From the NCBI GenBank assembly GCA_025056465.1, contig JANWVU010000001.1:1-51679 (forward strand): a stretch of 51,679 nucleotides of DNA, given 5' to 3'. The stretch is from Verrucomicrobiia bacterium. GTDB lineage: Bacteria > Verrucomicrobiota > Verrucomicrobiia > Palsa-1439. Below, in pieces: positions 49,496 to 51,679 of the stretch. Position numbers and translations under genes: made by a program. Numbering within the stretch: the first letter of the stretch is position 1; every line of letters begins with the position of its first letter. The notes below the pieces were generated by a model. It was not told the origin of the DNA, did no database searches, and was given only the letters and a program-made list of their open reading frames with translations.

Positions 49496-51679
49496 ATGAA
49501 AAAGATTCTGTTGCCCATGTTGTTGGCCAGCGTGTCGGTGGCTTGGTCGGTGCACGGCGAGGACGAGCTGTTGTTGGCGGTCAATACCAATTTTCGACCT
49601 GCGCGCCCCGCTGGGGCCGCTCCTGCCGAGGAGAAGCCTGCCCGTCCCGAACGACGTCTACCAACGCCCCGCGCCGAATCCGAGCCACAAGCGGCACCCA
49701 CTCCCGTGGCTCCGGAACCCACTGCGGGAGCAACGCCTGCTCCTCCACCTGCCCCCCCTCCACCGGCCCTTGAACCGGTTGTTGACCCCGCGCGAGCGGA
49801 AGCGGAGACCATCGCGCGGGAAGAACTGGTACGACGTGAGGAGGCATTGCTGGCGGGACAACAACTTTTGCGGGAGGCGCGGGTTGCTTATGCAGACGCG
49901 AATTACCGCTTGGCAGCGGAGCGTTATGAAGCGGCGTTGAAAGCAATCCCGGTGGCCCCCGTCACGGAGAGCGATCGGGCTGCGGCGCGGGATGGCTTGG
50001 CACGGACTTACTACCGCTTGGCGGAGGCGGCCTTGGACGCCGGCGACGTCGCCAAAGCCCGCGAACATGCCGGCAAAGTTCAAGCGATTGCACCCGACAG
50101 TCGCATGGCCGCCGCGCTCAGCGCTCGCATCGAACGGGCCGTGAAGCGCAAGGAGTCGGAGGCGAAACGCCCCGAACCAGTGCCGGACCCCGCCAAGGCT
50201 CCTGAATTTCTTGCGAAGCGTGAAGAGATCAAAAAATTATTCCGCCAAGGCAAACTCTTGATGAATTCCGGTCAATTCGATGAGGCGGAACGCGCTTTTC
50301 AGCAAATTCTTCTTATCGACCCGTATAACTCGGATGCATACGTGTTGCTCGATGACCTGAATGTACAACGCCGGCAGTTCGCTCGCATCGGCACGGATCG
50401 CTCGCGAAATTATCGGCTTTGGGAGGTCGAGCAGCGCTGGTTGCCGTCGATCAGCGCGGAAGTGAAACGTGCGGCGCAAGCCGAACCCGAAGCAGCCGAT
50501 CGCGACAGCCGTGCCAAAGCGGAAATGAATCGCAAGCTGAGCTCGATCGTAATTGAACAAATTAGCTTCCGCGATGCGGTGATTACTGACGTGGTGAATT
50601 TCCTCAGCGAGGAAAGTCGCCGCAAAGATCCCACCGGGGTAAACATCGTACTGCAATTGGGTGAGATGGGTGTGGGAGCGCCCACCGCGCCCGCGCCGAC
50701 CCCGGTGCCGGGCGCACCAGAGGAAGGTTTGCCCGTCGCGCCCGCGCCGACAATCGACACCGCCGGCATTCCACGGATTACCGTCACACTTTTCAACATC
50801 CCCCTTGGCGAGGCTCTTCGCCTGATCACCCAGGCCGCTGGGTTGAAATTCCGGGTCGAGCCATACGCCGTCGTGATTTTGCCGAAGGCGGCACCCGAGG
50901 AAGATCTGATTACACGTTCGTACCCGGTGGAGGCGGGCGTGATTCGCACCTTGATTCAGCAACCTGAGCAGCAACAGCAGGAACGCGGAATCGGGGCCGA
51001 GTTCGTGGGATTGGAAGCTCGCGGTGCGAGAGCGGAATTAGCTGACGTGCGCAAGCTATTCGAAGATGCAGGCGTGCCGTTTCCTCCCGGCTCCAGTATT
51101 ATTTTCAACGAGCGGGCCAGTCGCATCATCATTCGCAACACGCCGGCTAACATTGAAATTTTTGAGGATGTGCTGGCTGGGCTGAATGTGGTGCCGACGC
51201 AGGTCGAAATTGAGGCGAAATTCATCGAGATTGCCCAAGCTGATTTGGACGAGCTGGGCTTCGATTGGAAAGTCGGCCATCGTATTTTTGGGTCCTTTGA
51301 CGCATTTGGCGGAGGCGATGTGCCTTTCGGAGACGTGCCCGATTTGGCCCAAGGGCAGGGGAACATTTCGCGTGGCTTGCGCGATAGCACAATCATTCGG
51401 GGCAATGCAATCGATGCGTTGCTCGGCTTGGGTGGTGTCGGGACGCGGGCCGATATTGGGACATTGCGAGGCGTGTTGACGAATCCACAATTTGAACTGG
51501 TCGTAAGGGCGCTGGCACAAAAGAAAGGCACCGACTTGCTGTCCGCGCCACGCATCACCACAATTAGTGGCAACGCCGCGCTCATTCGAGTAGTGCAAGA
51601 ATTCATTTACCCAACGGAGTTTGAGGCGCCGCAAGTGGCCGAGAATGTGGTGTCGCCCTTCACGCCGAGTGGTTTCAAG
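49496..51679 (+). CDS. secretin (type II/III secretion / type IV pilus outer-membrane channel family) with N-terminal TPR-like region; 3' end outside the window
   Basis: Absent from the ORF track because it has no stop; I translated it by hand and it stays open for 728 codons to the window end. Signal peptide 'MKKILLPMLLASVSVAWSVHG', a Pro/Ala linker and three TPR-like repeats. The secretin core begins 'VPTQVEIEAKFIEIAQADLDELGFDW' and continues '...GTDLLSAPRITTISGNAALIRV'. Confidence 0.85.
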   Translation, partial: MKKILLPMLLASVSVAWSVHGEDELLLAVNTNFRPARPAGAAPAEEKPARPERRLPTPRAESEPQAAPTPVAPEPTAGATPAPPPAPPPPALEPVVDPARAEAETIAREELVRREEALLAGQQLLREARVAYADANYRLAAERYEAALKAIPVAPVTESDRAAARDGLARTYYRLAEAALDAGDVAKAREHAGKVQAIAPDSRMAAALSARIERAVKRKESEAKRPEPVPDPAKAPEFLAKREEIKKLFRQGKLLMNSGQFDEAERAFQQILLIDPYNSDAYVLLDDLNVQRRQFARIGTDRSRNYRLWEVEQRWLPSISAEVKRAAQAEPEAADRDSRAKAEMNRKLSSIVIEQISFRDAVITDVVNFLSEESRRKDPTGVNIVLQLGEMGVGAPTAPAPTPVPGAPEEGLPVAPAPTIDTAGIPRITVTLFNIPLGEALRLITQAAGLKFRVEPYAVVILPKAAPEEDLITRSYPVEAGVIRTLIQQPEQQQQERGIGAEFVGLEARGARAELADVRKLFEDAGVPFPPGSSIIFNERASRIIIRNTPANIEIFEDVLAGLNVVPTQVEIEAKFIEIAQADLDELGFDWKVGHRIFGSFDAFGGGDVPFGDVPDLAQGQGNISRGLRDSTIIRGNAIDALLGLGGVGTRADIGTLRGVLTNPQFELVVRALAQKKGTDLLSAPRITTISGNAALIRVVQEFIYPTEFEAPQVAENVVSPFTPSGFK

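Noticed and set aside
49580-49790. Apparent repetitive Pro/Ala-coding DNA (also 48390-48500 and 50680-50760)
   Set aside because: This is low-complexity coding sequence for linker regions. It has no exact tandem DNA repeat unit and nothing like CRISPR spacing.
50237-51634. Minus-strand ORFs (50237-50974, 50956-51606, 51056-51634) at the window end
   Set aside because: They are antisense to the uninterrupted 728-codon secretin frame, which carries signal-peptide, TPR and secretin-core motifs.

Overview
High-GC (about 60% by eye), gene-dense chromosomal window: about 52 CDS, one tRNA and one riboswitch. I recognised no transposase, integrase, phage gene or CRISPR array. Most content is core metabolism. 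It includes a complete F1Fo ATP synthase operon (atpZ-atpI-atpBEFHAGDC); a DeoR-linked 2-oxoacid dehydrogenase complex with a fused E1 alpha/beta; and mdh and trxB. There is a cold-shock gene, an Rrf2-headed ABC+SLC13 transporter operon next to a cystathionine-gamma-synthase-like gene, and erpA followed by a TPP riboswitch and thiC. The rest comprises an EF-P-like gene, a HIT/Lon-N/membrane-protein operon, lutABC, tRNA-Arg(CCT), a glycogen debranching enzyme, an MFS transporter, argBJC and rpsI/rplM. Many neighbouring genes are linked by ATGA start/stop overlaps. The PEP-CTERM protein, the DUF1570-like protein and the last five genes point to a Verrucomicrobiota-type genome. The most interesting region is 45.2-51.7 kb. 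It is a co-directional cluster of a secreted protein, a PilM-like fusion, an Amuc_1100-like protein, another membrane-anchored protein and a TPR-secretin that runs off the window end. This matches the gene order of the poorly understood Akkermansia Amuc_1102->Amuc_1098 pilus-like locus, and no pilin, ATPase or platform gene is visible in this window. Secondary leads: an orphan 733-aa EF-hand-loop membrane protein; a cytidylate-kinase-like gene translationally coupled to atpC; and the heptamer CTACCGG/CCGGTAG, found about once per kb and tracking the coding strand. All family assignments come from reading the translations and from recalled motifs. No searches were run.
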